A stretch of DNA of 53,155 nucleotides from Desulfovibrionaceae bacterium (GCA_009778355.1 WRJY01000338.1:1-53155), one strand, 5' to 3'; counted from the stretch's first letter, positions 1-9,281 are shown. Translations and numbers: made by a program. The notes: generated by a model from the letters alone, not told the origin.

Positions 1-1
1 T

Positions 2-781
2 TTTTTTGCCGGCGATGCCGGCTGGTGCGCCGCCGCCGATGCCGCCGGCCAATGGCGGCACATCGCCTCGGCCAACTGGCTGGCCGCCGCGCGGCACGTG
101 GCCTCGGCGCTGCCTGAAGGCGTGCTGGTGGACATTGGCAGCACCACCACCGACCTGATCGCCTTCGGCAACGGGCGCGTGTTGAGCGCCAGCCGCAGCG
201 ACGCCGAGCGCCTGGCCAGCGGCGAACTGGTCTATCACGGCGTGGTGCGCACGCCGCTGTGCGCGCTGACCCAGCAAATCGAGTGGCGCGGCCTCGCGCA
301 CCAGGTCATGAACGAGTTCTTTGCCACCACCGCCGACATCTACCGGCTGTGCAACGAACTGGAGCCGGCGCACGACCAACAGCCCGCCGCCGACAACGGC
401 CCCAAGAGCCTGGCGGCAACGCGCCAGCGCCTGGCGCGCATGATCGGCTTGGACGCGCGCGACGCCAGCGCCGAAGAGTGGTTGCGCCTGGCGCGCGCCT
501 GGCGCGCAGCGCAGCTCGATGCCATGGCCGCGCAGTTGCGCCGCGTGCTCCGGCGCTACGCACTGTCGCCCGGGGCCGTGCTGGTCAGCGCCGGCTGCGG
601 GGCCTTTCTGGCGCCAGAACTGGCGCGCGCCGCCAGCCCGGGCGCGCCGTACCGCGTCGTCAGCTACGGCGCGCGGGTGGCCTCCACCGCCGGTGACGCG
701 GCTGCCGCAACGGTGGCCTGGGCCCAGGTGTGCGCGCCGTGCGTGGCGGTGGCCGCCTTGCTGGCCAGGGAGCAACCCTGA
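2..781 (+). CDS. Hydantoinase/oxoprolinase-family H4MPT-linked C1 pathway protein (Orf9, MfnF-like), 5'-truncated by the window edge
   Basis: Frame is open from nt 2 (FFAGDAGW...IASANWLA). Motifs IASANW, VDIGSTTTD, GELVYHGVVRTP, EFFATTAD and RLARMIG are typical of Orf9/MfnF. The TGA overlaps the next ATG at 781. Confidence 0.85.
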   Translation, partial: FFAGDAGWCAAADAAGQWRHIASANWLAAARHVASALPEGVLVDIGSTTTDLIAFGNGRVLSASRSDAERLASGELVYHGVVRTPLCALTQQIEWRGLAHQVMNEFFATTADIYRLCNELEPAHDQQPAADNGPKSLAATRQRLARMIGLDARDASAEEWLRLARAWRAAQLDAMAAQLRRVLRRYALSPGAVLVSAGCGAFLAPELARAASPGAPYRVVSYGARVASTAGDAAAATVAWAQVCAPCVAVAALLAREQP

Positions 782-1410
782 TGTGGGTGGTGAAAATTGG
801 CGGCAGCCTGTGCGACGACCCGGCGCTGCCGCGGTGGCTCGAACTGTTGGCGCGCATCGGCGGCGGCCGCGCCGTCATCGTTGGCGGCGGCGGCGGCTTC
901 GCCGACCAGGTGCGGCGCGCGCAGGCGCGGTGGCGCTTCGATGACCTGGCGGCCCACAACATGGCCGTGCTGGCAATGACGCAGACGGCCTATCAGATGC
1001 AGGCGCTCAACCCCGCGCTGCAACTGGTTGAACGCAGCGCCGACATCCCGCAGTTGCTGCGGCGGGGAAAAACCGCGCTGTGGCTGCCGCTGGAATTGCG
1101 CCGCGAGCGCATGGACGCCAGAACCCACTGGGGCGCCAGTTCCGACACGATTGCGCTGGACCTGGCCAAGCGCCTGAATGCCGAGCAGTTGCTCATCGTC
1201 AAATCGTGCGCCATCGACCCGAAACTCAGTCTGCGGCAACTGGGCGAAGCCGGCGTCATCGACGCACAGTTTGCCGAACTCGCCAGCGACGCGGCCTTTC
1301 CGATTGCCGTGCTGCACAAAAGCCAGTTGACTACCCTTTCCGAGCTATTGCTGGGCAGCGCTGAATACCATAAAGTCTACGCCCACACACCTATGGCGCA
1401 GCAGGTGTGA
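781..1410 (+). CDS. Amino-acid-kinase-family protein (Orf21, MfnE-like), methylofuran/H4MPT biosynthesis
   Basis: ATG 781 is coupled to the upstream stop. Motifs WVVKIGGSL, GGGGFAD, AHNMAVLAM and W..SSDTIAL; located next to Orf9. Confidence 0.85.
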   Translation: MWVVKIGGSLCDDPALPRWLELLARIGGGRAVIVGGGGGFADQVRRAQARWRFDDLAAHNMAVLAMTQTAYQMQALNPALQLVERSADIPQLLRRGKTALWLPLELRRERMDARTHWGASSDTIALDLAKRLNAEQLLIVKSCAIDPKLSLRQLGEAGVIDAQFAELASDAAFPIAVLHKSQLTTLSELLLGSAEYHKVYAHTPMAQQV

Positions 1411-1433
1411 GCCGCTGAATAAGGAGTGTCTGG

Positions 1434-4028
1434 ATGGACGAGAACGAACCGTTACCGCCATCGGTTAAAAATCAACCGCCGCAGCCGGAGACCGATCGCG
1501 GGCCGAAGCGATCCACGTGCCAGCCTGGTCATTGGACCGATTGCTTCGCCAGATTGTATAACCTTGCCTTCCATAATGAATGGTGGAGCCTGATCTTCCA
1601 CAGGGCATGGATCGGCACCCTGGGTCTGGCCGCGGTTGGCTGGCTGCTGACATCTCAAAGTCAGGCGCGCGATATCCTTTTGGGCATCGGCGTAAACTTG
1701 AACCTTGTCGGTTTGTTCGGCGTTTATGGTTATGCCTTGTTTTGGTTGGCGGGGTCTTTCCTCGCGCTGGTTTTGGTGCTTATTGTCTGGGTCACCGGGC
1801 TGCCAAAATTTGACCATTCCAGCTCAATGATGCCGGAGCATGATAAAAGGCGCCGGCGGTACACGGCCATCATTTTCATAGGCACGCTTTTCGCCGTTCA
1901 TTTCGCATATATATTGGCTGGCAAGAATGGCGACGATCTCATTGTATCCGTTTTAATGGCGGTCGCAAACATGGCAATCATACCGGCCCTTGTTCTGCTT
2001 CCCAGGCTTCTGCTGAACTGGCTGGGAGCGTCCACCAAATGGAAAACAGGCATCTACTCGGCCATTGCGACACTGATCTGCAGCTTCACTCTTTTCGTGG
2101 CCTTGGATAACGGGGACTCCGCCGTGGCCGCCATCGTGAGCAGCGCCACGCCCTTTCTTGCCTGGGTCGCCATCCGTTTCCTCGGCCTGTCATTTCCCGC
2201 CCAAAACAAGCACTCGCTGATCTGGTTTTTTGTCTTGGTCTCGCTGCTCTGGCTGATCGTCTTGATCCTGGTTTTCAAGCTTCCGTGGCCGCCCATGATC
2301 GTGCGCACCTTGTACAAAGCCGGGAGTGCATCGGTTGCAATGGTCTGGCTGGCATGGCTGGCCTTGACATGGGCTTGTTTGCAGCTTGCCGTGCGGCGCT
2401 TTGGCCGCCCCGCTGTTGCAATCATCGTCATCGTGATCGGTGTGGAATTATTTTTTCACCATGAGAAAACCGGGCAGGAATGGCTTATCACGGATACTGC
2501 GGCCCCACTGCCGGACGCACCCGCCGCAGCGCCGGAATCCGGCGGCGTCGAGCCGCCAAGCGGGATACCACTCGCAATCCACGCCGACGGCGGTGGTTTG
2601 CGCGCGGCGCTGTATACGGCTGAAGTGCTCGCCATAGCCGATGATGCGACCTGCGGCGACTTCGGCTCTCATGTTTATGCGGCAAGCGGCGTTTCGGGGG
2701 GCAGCCTTGGCATCGCAACCTGGGCCGTGATGCGCGCCGAATTTGTCAGGCTAAGCAAGGAAAATAAAATCAAAGGGGGCGACCTCTGGGCCGACTGCAA
2801 GGAACAACGGAAACGCGCTCAAATTCCTGAAGGAAAAACCTATTGGGGAATTGATGCGCGGCGCCCATTATTTAACCTGGTTCGCAATACCTTGCTCGCG
2901 GATCATTTGACGGCAGCGCTGACCTCCGCGCTGACGACTGATTTGCTGCGGCCAGCCGGGAACGCCTACAGAGGGCAGGCCCTGCTGGAAAGTTGGCAGC
3001 AAGGCGCATTCGATGCATTGAGATTAGTCGTTGTTGATCCGATGACGGCAACAGCAAGCGCTTTTGCCGCCACGCTCGATGAGTCGAACGCCGGCGTGCC
3101 CAACGGCGGCCCGATCTTGTTGTTTACCGCCACGGTCGTTGACAACGGCGAGCGCACTATTTTCTCCAACGTTATCCAGCCCCAATTGAAAACTCAGATA
3201 GGCGTCGCTGTGCTGGAGAGCGCTCGCTTCCCATTAATCTCGCCTCCCGGCACCATTTTGGACGGCGATAAGAAGTTGAGATTGGTTGTCGATGGGGGAT
3301 ACTTCGATAATTCAGGCGCGGCGACCCTCGAGGAACTTCTGCGCGCCGTCAAACGTGATGGCAATCTGCCCGGAACGGTTGTCATTGCGCGCATCGACGG
3401 CAATGCGCCGAACGAAAAAGACGATACGAGGTGCGATGATTTTCTTGATGCAAAAATAGAAAAAAAGTGGGATGTCGAATCACCTTTCTCATCGTTTCTT
3501 CGAAAAATCCATCGAGAAAAGAAGACTGGCGATGAATCCTTGCCGTCACAGTACAGTGGATGGTCATTTATAGACGCTTACTGGGCGACACGTTCGGCTC
3601 GCGCCAAGGAAGCAGTGGATAGCCTGAGCGATTCCCAGATCCAAGGCGTCGTTATCGGGCCGCAACTGCACCTCGACTATTTCGAAGGATTTGACGAAAA
3701 TTGCGCGGCAATCCTTCACGAAAACCCTTTTTATCAGGATGGAAAGCCTTATCCCGCGTCAAGATTCCAGCAATTGCAGCAATGTATCAAGGATGCAAAC
3801 GATTCGCCCATCTGCCCGGCGCTGCAATGTCTAAATTCCAATGAGAGCATTTGCACGGGCGGACACTATATGCCGAAAGCGCCTCTTGGCTGGTATCTGT
3901 CCCAGGCAAGCGCCACGGCCCTTGAAAATTCCGCGGTGCAAGCCGCCCGTCACCTTCTGGGAAGCATTGGCATGAATAGATCGTATCTAAATAACCGGGG
4001 TCAGGCCGCAAATAATCAGAATAATTAA
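1434..4028 (+). CDS. Multi-pass membrane protein with C-terminal patatin/cPLA2-like phospholipase domain
   Basis: RBS AAGGAG upstream. The N-terminal ~340 aa has many hydrophobic helices. Catalytic motifs DGGGLRAA, GVSGGS and DGGYFDNSG are present. Visibly AT-richer than the flanks. Confidence 0.8.
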   Translation: MDENEPLPPSVKNQPPQPETDRGPKRSTCQPGHWTDCFARLYNLAFHNEWWSLIFHRAWIGTLGLAAVGWLLTSQSQARDILLGIGVNLNLVGLFGVYGYALFWLAGSFLALVLVLIVWVTGLPKFDHSSSMMPEHDKRRRRYTAIIFIGTLFAVHFAYILAGKNGDDLIVSVLMAVANMAIIPALVLLPRLLLNWLGASTKWKTGIYSAIATLICSFTLFVALDNGDSAVAAIVSSATPFLAWVAIRFLGLSFPAQNKHSLIWFFVLVSLLWLIVLILVFKLPWPPMIVRTLYKAGSASVAMVWLAWLALTWACLQLAVRRFGRPAVAIIVIVIGVELFFHHEKTGQEWLITDTAAPLPDAPAAAPESGGVEPPSGIPLAIHADGGGLRAALYTAEVLAIADDATCGDFGSHVYAASGVSGGSLGIATWAVMRAEFVRLSKENKIKGGDLWADCKEQRKRAQIPEGKTYWGIDARRPLFNLVRNTLLADHLTAALTSALTTDLLRPAGNAYRGQALLESWQQGAFDALRLVVVDPMTATASAFAATLDESNAGVPNGGPILLFTATVVDNGERTIFSNVIQPQLKTQIGVAVLESARFPLISPPGTILDGDKKLRLVVDGGYFDNSGAATLEELLRAVKRDGNLPGTVVIARIDGNAPNEKDDTRCDDFLDAKIEKKWDVESPFSSFLRKIHREKKTGDESLPSQYSGWSFIDAYWATRSARAKEAVDSLSDSQIQGVVIGPQLHLDYFEGFDENCAAILHENPFYQDGKPYPASRFQQLQQCIKDANDSPICPALQCLNSNESICTGGHYMPKAPLGWYLSQASATALENSAVQAARHLLGSIGMNRSYLNNRGQAANNQNN

Positions 4029-4152
4029 CACCTAACCGGTCAAATGCAGTTTTCAGGTTGAAGTGAACGCAGCGAGACTCAATACGGCAATGGTTTCAGG
4101 CTCCAAAATAATGGGGTGTTGGCTTCGATTGCCACACCGGAAATAATAATGA

Positions 4153-5115
4153 TTACGCACCCTTGATGCCCTTCTCCTGAATGATTTTTTTCCATTTCGC
4201 CAGATCGCTGCGCATGAGTTGCGCCGCTTGCTGGGGACTGGAGGTTTTGGGCACGATGTTTTGCTGCTTCATGGCTTCGATGAGGTCAGGTTTGGCATAG
4301 GCGCGCCGCACCGCCTCAGCCACGGCATTGGCATCAGCCGCCGGCATGTTGGGCGGCCCCGCCAGCACCACCCACGGCAATGCCGACACCTCCTTGAAGC
4401 CCTGTTCCGCCATCGTGGGCACCTCGGAAAAACCAGGCATCCGCTCGGAGTAATTGACGGCAATCGGGCGCAATTTACCCGCCTGGATATGCGGTGCAAC
4501 TACCGTGGAATCCAGAACCAGTAAAGGCACATGTCCGCCCAACACGTCGGTGACCGCCGGCGCGCCACCTTTATAGGCTACGGGTTGCATCTTTATGCCG
4601 GCCAAGTCACTGAACCACTCCATGGTAAGGTGACCGGTACTGCCTATACCTAAAATGGCGTAGTTGATCTGCCCCGGTTTGTTTTTGGCCAGCGCCACCA
4701 AATCCTTGAGGTTATGCACGTTCTCGAACCCGGCCACTTGCGGGTTTACGGCCACCACGCTGTATTGCTCGTACAGCAGCGTTATGGGCGTGACCTTGGT
4801 CAGGTCCGGCTCCTGGTTGGCCAGCACCTGCCCGAGCAAGGTCATGGTCGGATATAGCATATAGGTGGAGCTGCTTGGCGCTGCTCGTTCCACGGGTCTG
4901 ATGGCCATGGCGCCGGAAGCGCCCGTCAGGTTCTCCACCACCACTGCGCGGTGCAATTCAGCCGACAGTCCGGGAGCGAATATCCGCGCGAAGGTGTCCG
5001 TCGCGCCGCCAGCCGAAAAACCGACATAGAGGCGAGCTGATTCCTGCGCTAGGGCAGGCAGAAACGATCCGCCCGCCATGGTTGCAGCCCCGATCAAAAT
5101 AGAACGTCGATCCAT
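4153..5115 (-). CDS. Bug/TctC tripartite tricarboxylate transporter substrate-binding protein
   Basis: Tat-like leader MDRRSIL; motifs GFSAGGATD, VVENLTGASG, GIGSTGHL and YKGGAPAVTDVLGG. Confidence 0.9.
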   Translation of the reverse strand: MDRRSILIGAATMAGGSFLPALAQESARLYVGFSAGGATDTFARIFAPGLSAELHRAVVVENLTGASGAMAIRPVERAAPSSSTYMLYPTMTLLGQVLANQEPDLTKVTPITLLYEQYSVVAVNPQVAGFENVHNLKDLVALAKNKPGQINYAILGIGSTGHLTMEWFSDLAGIKMQPVAYKGGAPAVTDVLGGHVPLLVLDSTVVAPHIQAGKLRPIAVNYSERMPGFSEVPTMAEQGFKEVSALPWVVLAGPPNMPAADANAVAEAVRRAYAKPDLIEAMKQQNIVPKTSSPQQAAQLMRSDLAKWKKIIQEKGIKGA

Positions 5116-5472
5116 GTGCGCTTCCTTGCTTTTGATAATTTGAGGTAATTGTGTTGACTAAAAATGATGTCTAAAACTCTCCAGTCGAGCCTTGTTGACC
5201 TCGGCGGAGATCAGCAATGGTACTTCTGGCGATCAACCGGTCATTTGGTGCCCCGGTCGCGCCACGATCCTCGCTCGCTTCATGTCTGCATTGTCCCTGA
5301 CTGCCGCCGCCCATGCCATTGGGGAATACGCGAAGCTTGATCTTGCCCTCTATTTCCGTATCCCATGCCGAGTTCATTATGCGACTTGTTTTTGCTGGGC
5401 AACAAGCCTCGTTTTTACAGTATTGCGTCCACCTTCAGAGTCATTGGACGCATTCGTGGCGCACGAGCTTGC

Positions 5473-6279
5473 TCACCCCAGCCCATGTTCTGACCGTACC
5501 CCCAGCCAGCGCGCGGCGGCGGCCTGGATGGCTTCGGGCGGGCCGCTGGTTTCGAGTGTGAGTGCGCCGGGGCCTTCGTGCAGCGCGCCGCGCGCGGCCA
5601 GCAAACGGCGCGTTTGTTGCGCGACCGGCGCGCCGGTGTCGATCAGGCGTACATCAGGGCCGGCGTGGCGGCGCAGGGTTGCCAGGGCAAAGGGGTAGTG
5701 GGTGCAGCCGAGTACCACTGTGTCGATTTGCCCGGCGCGCGCGCCCAGCGGGCCGAGCGCGCGCAGATAGCGCGCGGCCAGGGCGTCGATTTGCGCCGCG
5801 TCGTCGCGCTCAATGGCGCTGGCCAGGCCATCACAGGCGATCAGGTGGAACCGGGCCAATGGGGTCTGGCTGTCGTGCAGCGCGCGGAATTTGGCGCTGG
5901 CCAGCGTGCCGCGGGTGGCCAGCACGCCGATGTGTCCGGTGCGGGTGAGCGTGGCGGCGGGCTTGAGCGCCGGTTCGACGCCGATCAGCGGCAGCTCGGG
6001 CCAGTCGCCGCGCAGGTCATGAATGGCGGCGGCGGTGGCGGTGTTGCAGGCGACGACCAGCGCCTTGATGCCGCGCGCCTGGACCAGGCCGCGCGCAATG
6101 GCGCGGCTGCGCGCGGCCACGAAGTCGCCGCCGCGTTCGCCGTAGGGCGCGTGGCCGGCATCGGAAAAGTACAGGAAGCGCTCGTGCGGCAGTTCGGCGC
6201 GCAGCGCGGCCAGCACGCTCAGGCCGCCTATGCCGCTGTCGAAGATGCCGATCGGACGATTTGCGCTTGTGCTGGACAT
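5473..6279 (-). CDS. murI: Glutamate racemase
   Basis: Motifs IGIFDSGIGGLSV, PYGER, VACNTATA, IGVEPALKPA and VLGCTHYP; both catalytic Cys are present. Confidence 0.95.
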   Translation of the reverse strand: MSSTSANRPIGIFDSGIGGLSVLAALRAELPHERFLYFSDAGHAPYGERGGDFVAARSRAIARGLVQARGIKALVVACNTATAAAIHDLRGDWPELPLIGVEPALKPAATLTRTGHIGVLATRGTLASAKFRALHDSQTPLARFHLIACDGLASAIERDDAAQIDALAARYLRALGPLGARAGQIDTVVLGCTHYPFALATLRRHAGPDVRLIDTGAPVAQQTRRLLAARGALHEGPGALTLETSGPPEAIQAAAARWLGVRSEHGLG

Positions 6280-6394
6280 GATGGGCGGAACCGGCGTGGC
6301 GGCGCTTCAGACGTTGACCGGCATGTCCTGCGCGGCAAATTCGTGGCTGGCGTGCATGGAACCGGCGTCCGTAACCAAGGGCGGATCACAATTT

Positions 6395-7081
6395 TCACTG
6401 GCTGGTATTGTGCAGCAGCGCGGCCAGCGCGGCCAGCCGCTGCGGGCACAGGGCGGCGGTGCGGCCGGCAACGCAGACGGCGCTGCGAAAGCCCGCGAAA
6501 TCGGGCTGGAGTTCATGCAGCAAGGGCGCGTGCGCGGCGCGCAAGGCGCCGGCCAGGCCCAGCAGCCGTCCGGCAGCGCGCGCCTGCGCGATCGCGCCTT
6601 GCAACCGCGCCAGGGGCACGGCATCGAACAGGCTGCTGGCGCGCTTGTCGGCGGTGTCCAGCATCAGCGCGGGAAATGGCAGCGCGCAGGCGTGTTCGAG
6701 CAGCCGCGCATCGAGTCCACGGTCGGCGATGAACACCGGCACCACCGGCCAGCCGCTGCCAGCCAGCGCGTTCAACACGCCGGGCGCGCCGGGGTGGCGC
6801 TCGATGCCGGCTTTGACGTAATCGACGCCGCAGGCGCCAACGGCCTGCACCTGCGCCAGGATGCGGGGCAAGTCGTGCATGGGCAAATCGCCAATGGTGG
6901 CGCTGACAGGCAGGCCAATGCCCTGCGAGCGCAGCGCCCGCACAATGGCGCGAATCGTTGCCACCGGCAAGCCGCCGAGCGCGCCATTGACGGGTTCCTT
7001 CAGATCGATGAAATCGGCGCCGCCGGTTGCGGCAAGCAGCGCCTCTTCGATGCTGCGGACGCTGACCAACATGCGGATCAC
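6395..7081 (-). CDS. mfnB: (5-formylfuran-3-yl)methyl phosphate synthase (Orf22/DUF556)
   Basis: Motifs MLVSVRSIEEA, GADFIDLKEP..GALG, SATIGD, DYVKAG, LDTADK, GLAGAL and GFRSAVC. The GTG start overlaps the upstream TGA. Confidence 0.88.
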   Translation of the reverse strand: MIRMLVSVRSIEEALLAATGGADFIDLKEPVNGALGGLPVATIRAIVRALRSQGIGLPVSATIGDLPMHDLPRILAQVQAVGACGVDYVKAGIERHPGAPGVLNALAGSGWPVVPVFIADRGLDARLLEHACALPFPALMLDTADKRASSLFDAVPLARLQGAIAQARAAGRLLGLAGALRAAHAPLLHELQPDFAGFRSAVCVAGRTAALCPQRLAALAALLHNTSQ

Positions 7082-7860
7082 GGTGCCGGCCTGCCTTTGG
7101 CGGCGGTCGAAAACGGCGCTGAATGCTGGGCTCCTTCACCCTCTGGAGAAAGGTTGGGATGAGGGCCAGCAGCCGTTGCCAGGGGAACCGCCGCTGGCCT
7201 GCGCCCCTGCCCTCCGAGGCTGTCGCAAAACGCTTTTGGCCTTGGTTTTTCTCCCTCCCCCCTTGCGGGGGAGAGTTGGAGAGAGGGCGCTTTGGCGGCG
7301 GCGGCGCGGTGGCTGGCTTGCGCCTGGCGCAGCCATTGCCAAGCCTGGCGTTCGTTGGGGCCGGCGGTTTTGTCGATGGCGATTTGCAGGTAGTCCATTT
7401 CCTGATCGATTTTCCCGGGCGCGAGCAGGTGCAGCCGGCTGATGAGCACCGCGCCTTCGATCACTGCCGCCTGGGCGCGGTTGAAGCCGTCAAAGCGTGC
7501 GTGTTCCGCCTCATGCACCGGCGCCATGCGCAGCAGGGGCCGCCGGGGGTCGTCGCGGCATTCGATCAGCTTGAGTTCGATGTGGCGCAAGGCGCAGTGC
7601 AGCCGCACGCCTTCGATGCGTTCGCAGGCGCGGGTGGGCCAGCGCCCGCGCCCGGTGACGCAACCGGCGAACACGCGCGTATCGGTGACGATATTGAGCA
7701 CGGCGTGGCCGGTGGCGACGATGTTGTCGAGCGTGGCCGATGGCTTGAACGGCATCAGCGCAATGGCCTCGTCCTGGTAGCAGATGCCCATTGGCGCAAT
7801 GTGCGCCTGCCCGCCGGCGGACAGGGTGGTGACGATGGCCTCGAATATCTGCTCGTTCAT
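7078..7860 (-). CDS. DUF447 family protein (Orf19) with repeat-derived C-terminal extension
   Basis: ATG 7860 (MNEQIFEAIVTTL..HIAPMG); motifs PFKPSATLDN, FNRAQAAVIEGAVLISRL and YLQIAIDKTAG. The last ~70 aa are encoded across palindromic repeats. Confidence 0.82.
   Translation of the reverse strand: MNEQIFEAIVTTLSAGGQAHIAPMGICYQDEAIALMPFKPSATLDNIVATGHAVLNIVTDTRVFAGCVTGRGRWPTRACERIEGVRLHCALRHIELKLIECRDDPRRPLLRMAPVHEAEHARFDGFNRAQAAVIEGAVLISRLHLLAPGKIDQEMDYLQIAIDKTAGPNERQAWQWLRQAQASHRAAAAKAPSLQLSPARGEGEKPRPKAFCDSLGGQGRRPAAVPLATAAGPHPNLSPEGEGAQHSAPFSTAAKGRPAP
7131..7287. repeat. Two direct copies of a CTCCC...GGGAG-type palindromic element (7131-7165, 7251-7287) plus an IS-end-like 20-mer (7217-7236), inside the DUF447 CDS
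   Basis: Copies read ctccttcaccctctggagaaaggttgggatgaggg and ctccctccccccttgcgggggagagttggagagaggg. The 20-mer aggctgtcgcaaaacgcttt matches 35394-35413 at 19/20. Confidence 0.7.
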
Positions 7861-7874
7861 ACGTTGCTCGCGGC

Positions 7875-9281
7875 TCAGGCAGGGCTGTGGCATGGGCGCT
7901 CGAAGCCGCTGTCCTCCTCGGGGGGGAACGGCAAGGCGGCGCAGCCCCAATCCAGGGGCTGATCCTGCACGTAGCGTTTGCCCAGTTGCCAGGCGATTTC
8001 GGCGCGCGCCAGTTCGACGCCCATGTAAAAGGCATGACCGGCATCGTTCTGGAGCCCGAGCCGCGGCCACAGTTGAAACGGGCTCTGGCCCAGCCTCATG
8101 CCTTCGCGGTTGTACACATGCAGGCCCAGCGGCGAAATCTGCACGCGGAAATTGGGGTCGCGCACCTGCGCGGCCCGCTCGTCGATTTCCTCGGGCGTAT
8201 CGGGAAACGGGTGTTTGGCGTGCACGGTCATCAGCGCGTCGCTCATGCCCTTGGGCAGGCTTTGGGCGCGCGCGGCGGCGTGCATGATGCGGCGCGCCCA
8301 ATCGGCCTCGCGCACGGCGCGGCACGCATGGCGGCTGACTTGCGTGGTCAGGACGGCAGCGGCCTTCAACTCGGCGGCGATGCCAAGCAGCACCGCGTTG
8401 ATGCCGCTGGTGTCGGCCTCGGTAAGCTCGGTCAGGTTGCCCACGCCCAGCATGATCGGCGCGTCGGCAAAACGCTGGCGTAGTCGGTGATAGCGCACGA
8501 TGGAGGCGGTCAGGCCAAACGGTATCGGGTCGAGGATGGCATCGGCCAGAAAGGGCCGGCCTTGGCGCTGCATGTGCTCCACGGCTGCGTACAGCGAGGC
8601 TTCATCGGCGGGCGCGCGCGCAATCAATACCGGCGTGGCCTGAACCTCGCCGGCCACCCACAGGGTGTCCAGCGTGAGGCTGAGCAGGTAGTCGGCGCCC
8701 GCCCTGCCGCCGCGCAGCAGCTCCCGCGCATCGCTGGAATCGACGCTGACGGCGAAACCGGCTGCTTTCAGCGCCTGCACACTGTCGGCCAGGTGGTCGA
8801 AGGGGGTCTCGGGCAGGCAGCCCAGGTCGATGACGTTGGCGCCATCGGCTGCCAGTTGGCGGGCGCGCTCGACGATCTGCCGCACCGTCAGCTTCGGCGC
8901 ATCGACGATTTCGGCGAAGATCGCCACGTCATACGCCGTCAGGTCGATCGCGCGGGCGGCCCGGTCGAAGTGGCGCGGCAAGTCCTTGAGCTCTTGCGGG
9001 CCGCGCTCGACCGGGATGCCGAAGTGGGCGCCGAGCGCCCGCACATCGCCGCGGCAGCGCCCAGGCACGATGATGCGGTCGGCGCGCCGCTGCCCCCGGC
9101 CATCCTGGCTGAACGCCGGAGCGGGCACGCGGCGCGCGATCATTTCGGCGGTCATCAATGCCGCCACTTGCAGGCCGATGTCCCGCACCTCCCAGGTAAA
9201 GGGCGCATCCTCGATGCCGCCGAGCACCCGCCGCAGGCTGCCTTCGGCCAGCCGCCCGGTCAGGAAGACGATGTGTTCCAT
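7875..9281 (-). CDS. Dihydropteroate synthase-like protein (Orf20; DUF6513/pterin-binding/DUF4346), H4MPT biosynthesis
   Basis: ATG 9281 (MEHIVFLTGRLAE); motifs VAALMT, PGRCRGD, GP.ELKDLP, IFAEIVDAP, IDLGCLP, GNLTELTEAD and HAFYMGVELARAEIA.QLGKRYVQD. Confidence 0.88.
   Translation of the reverse strand: MEHIVFLTGRLAEGSLRRVLGGIEDAPFTWEVRDIGLQVAALMTAEMIARRVPAPAFSQDGRGQRRADRIIVPGRCRGDVRALGAHFGIPVERGPQELKDLPRHFDRAARAIDLTAYDVAIFAEIVDAPKLTVRQIVERARQLAADGANVIDLGCLPETPFDHLADSVQALKAAGFAVSVDSSDARELLRGGRAGADYLLSLTLDTLWVAGEVQATPVLIARAPADEASLYAAVEHMQRQGRPFLADAILDPIPFGLTASIVRYHRLRQRFADAPIMLGVGNLTELTEADTSGINAVLLGIAAELKAAAVLTTQVSRHACRAVREADWARRIMHAAARAQSLPKGMSDALMTVHAKHPFPDTPEEIDERAAQVRDPNFRVQISPLGLHVYNREGMRLGQSPFQLWPRLGLQNDAGHAFYMGVELARAEIAWQLGKRYVQDQPLDWGCAALPFPPEEDSGFERPCHSPA

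Noticed and set aside
1434-4028. CBASS system suggested by the patatin gene
   Set aside because: No CD-NTase or cap accessory genes are nearby, and the multi-TM architecture differs from soluble CapV.
5171-5377. 68-aa ORF with GKIKLRVFPNG, faintly like a TRAP DctP fragment
   Set aside because: The similarity is limited to about 10 residues, with no signal peptide or other conserved blocks; a pseudogene call is not supportable without a search.
7131-7287. CRISPR-like repeat-spacer interpretation of the palindromic repeats
   Set aside because: Only two degenerate copies, inside a CDS, with no cas genes.
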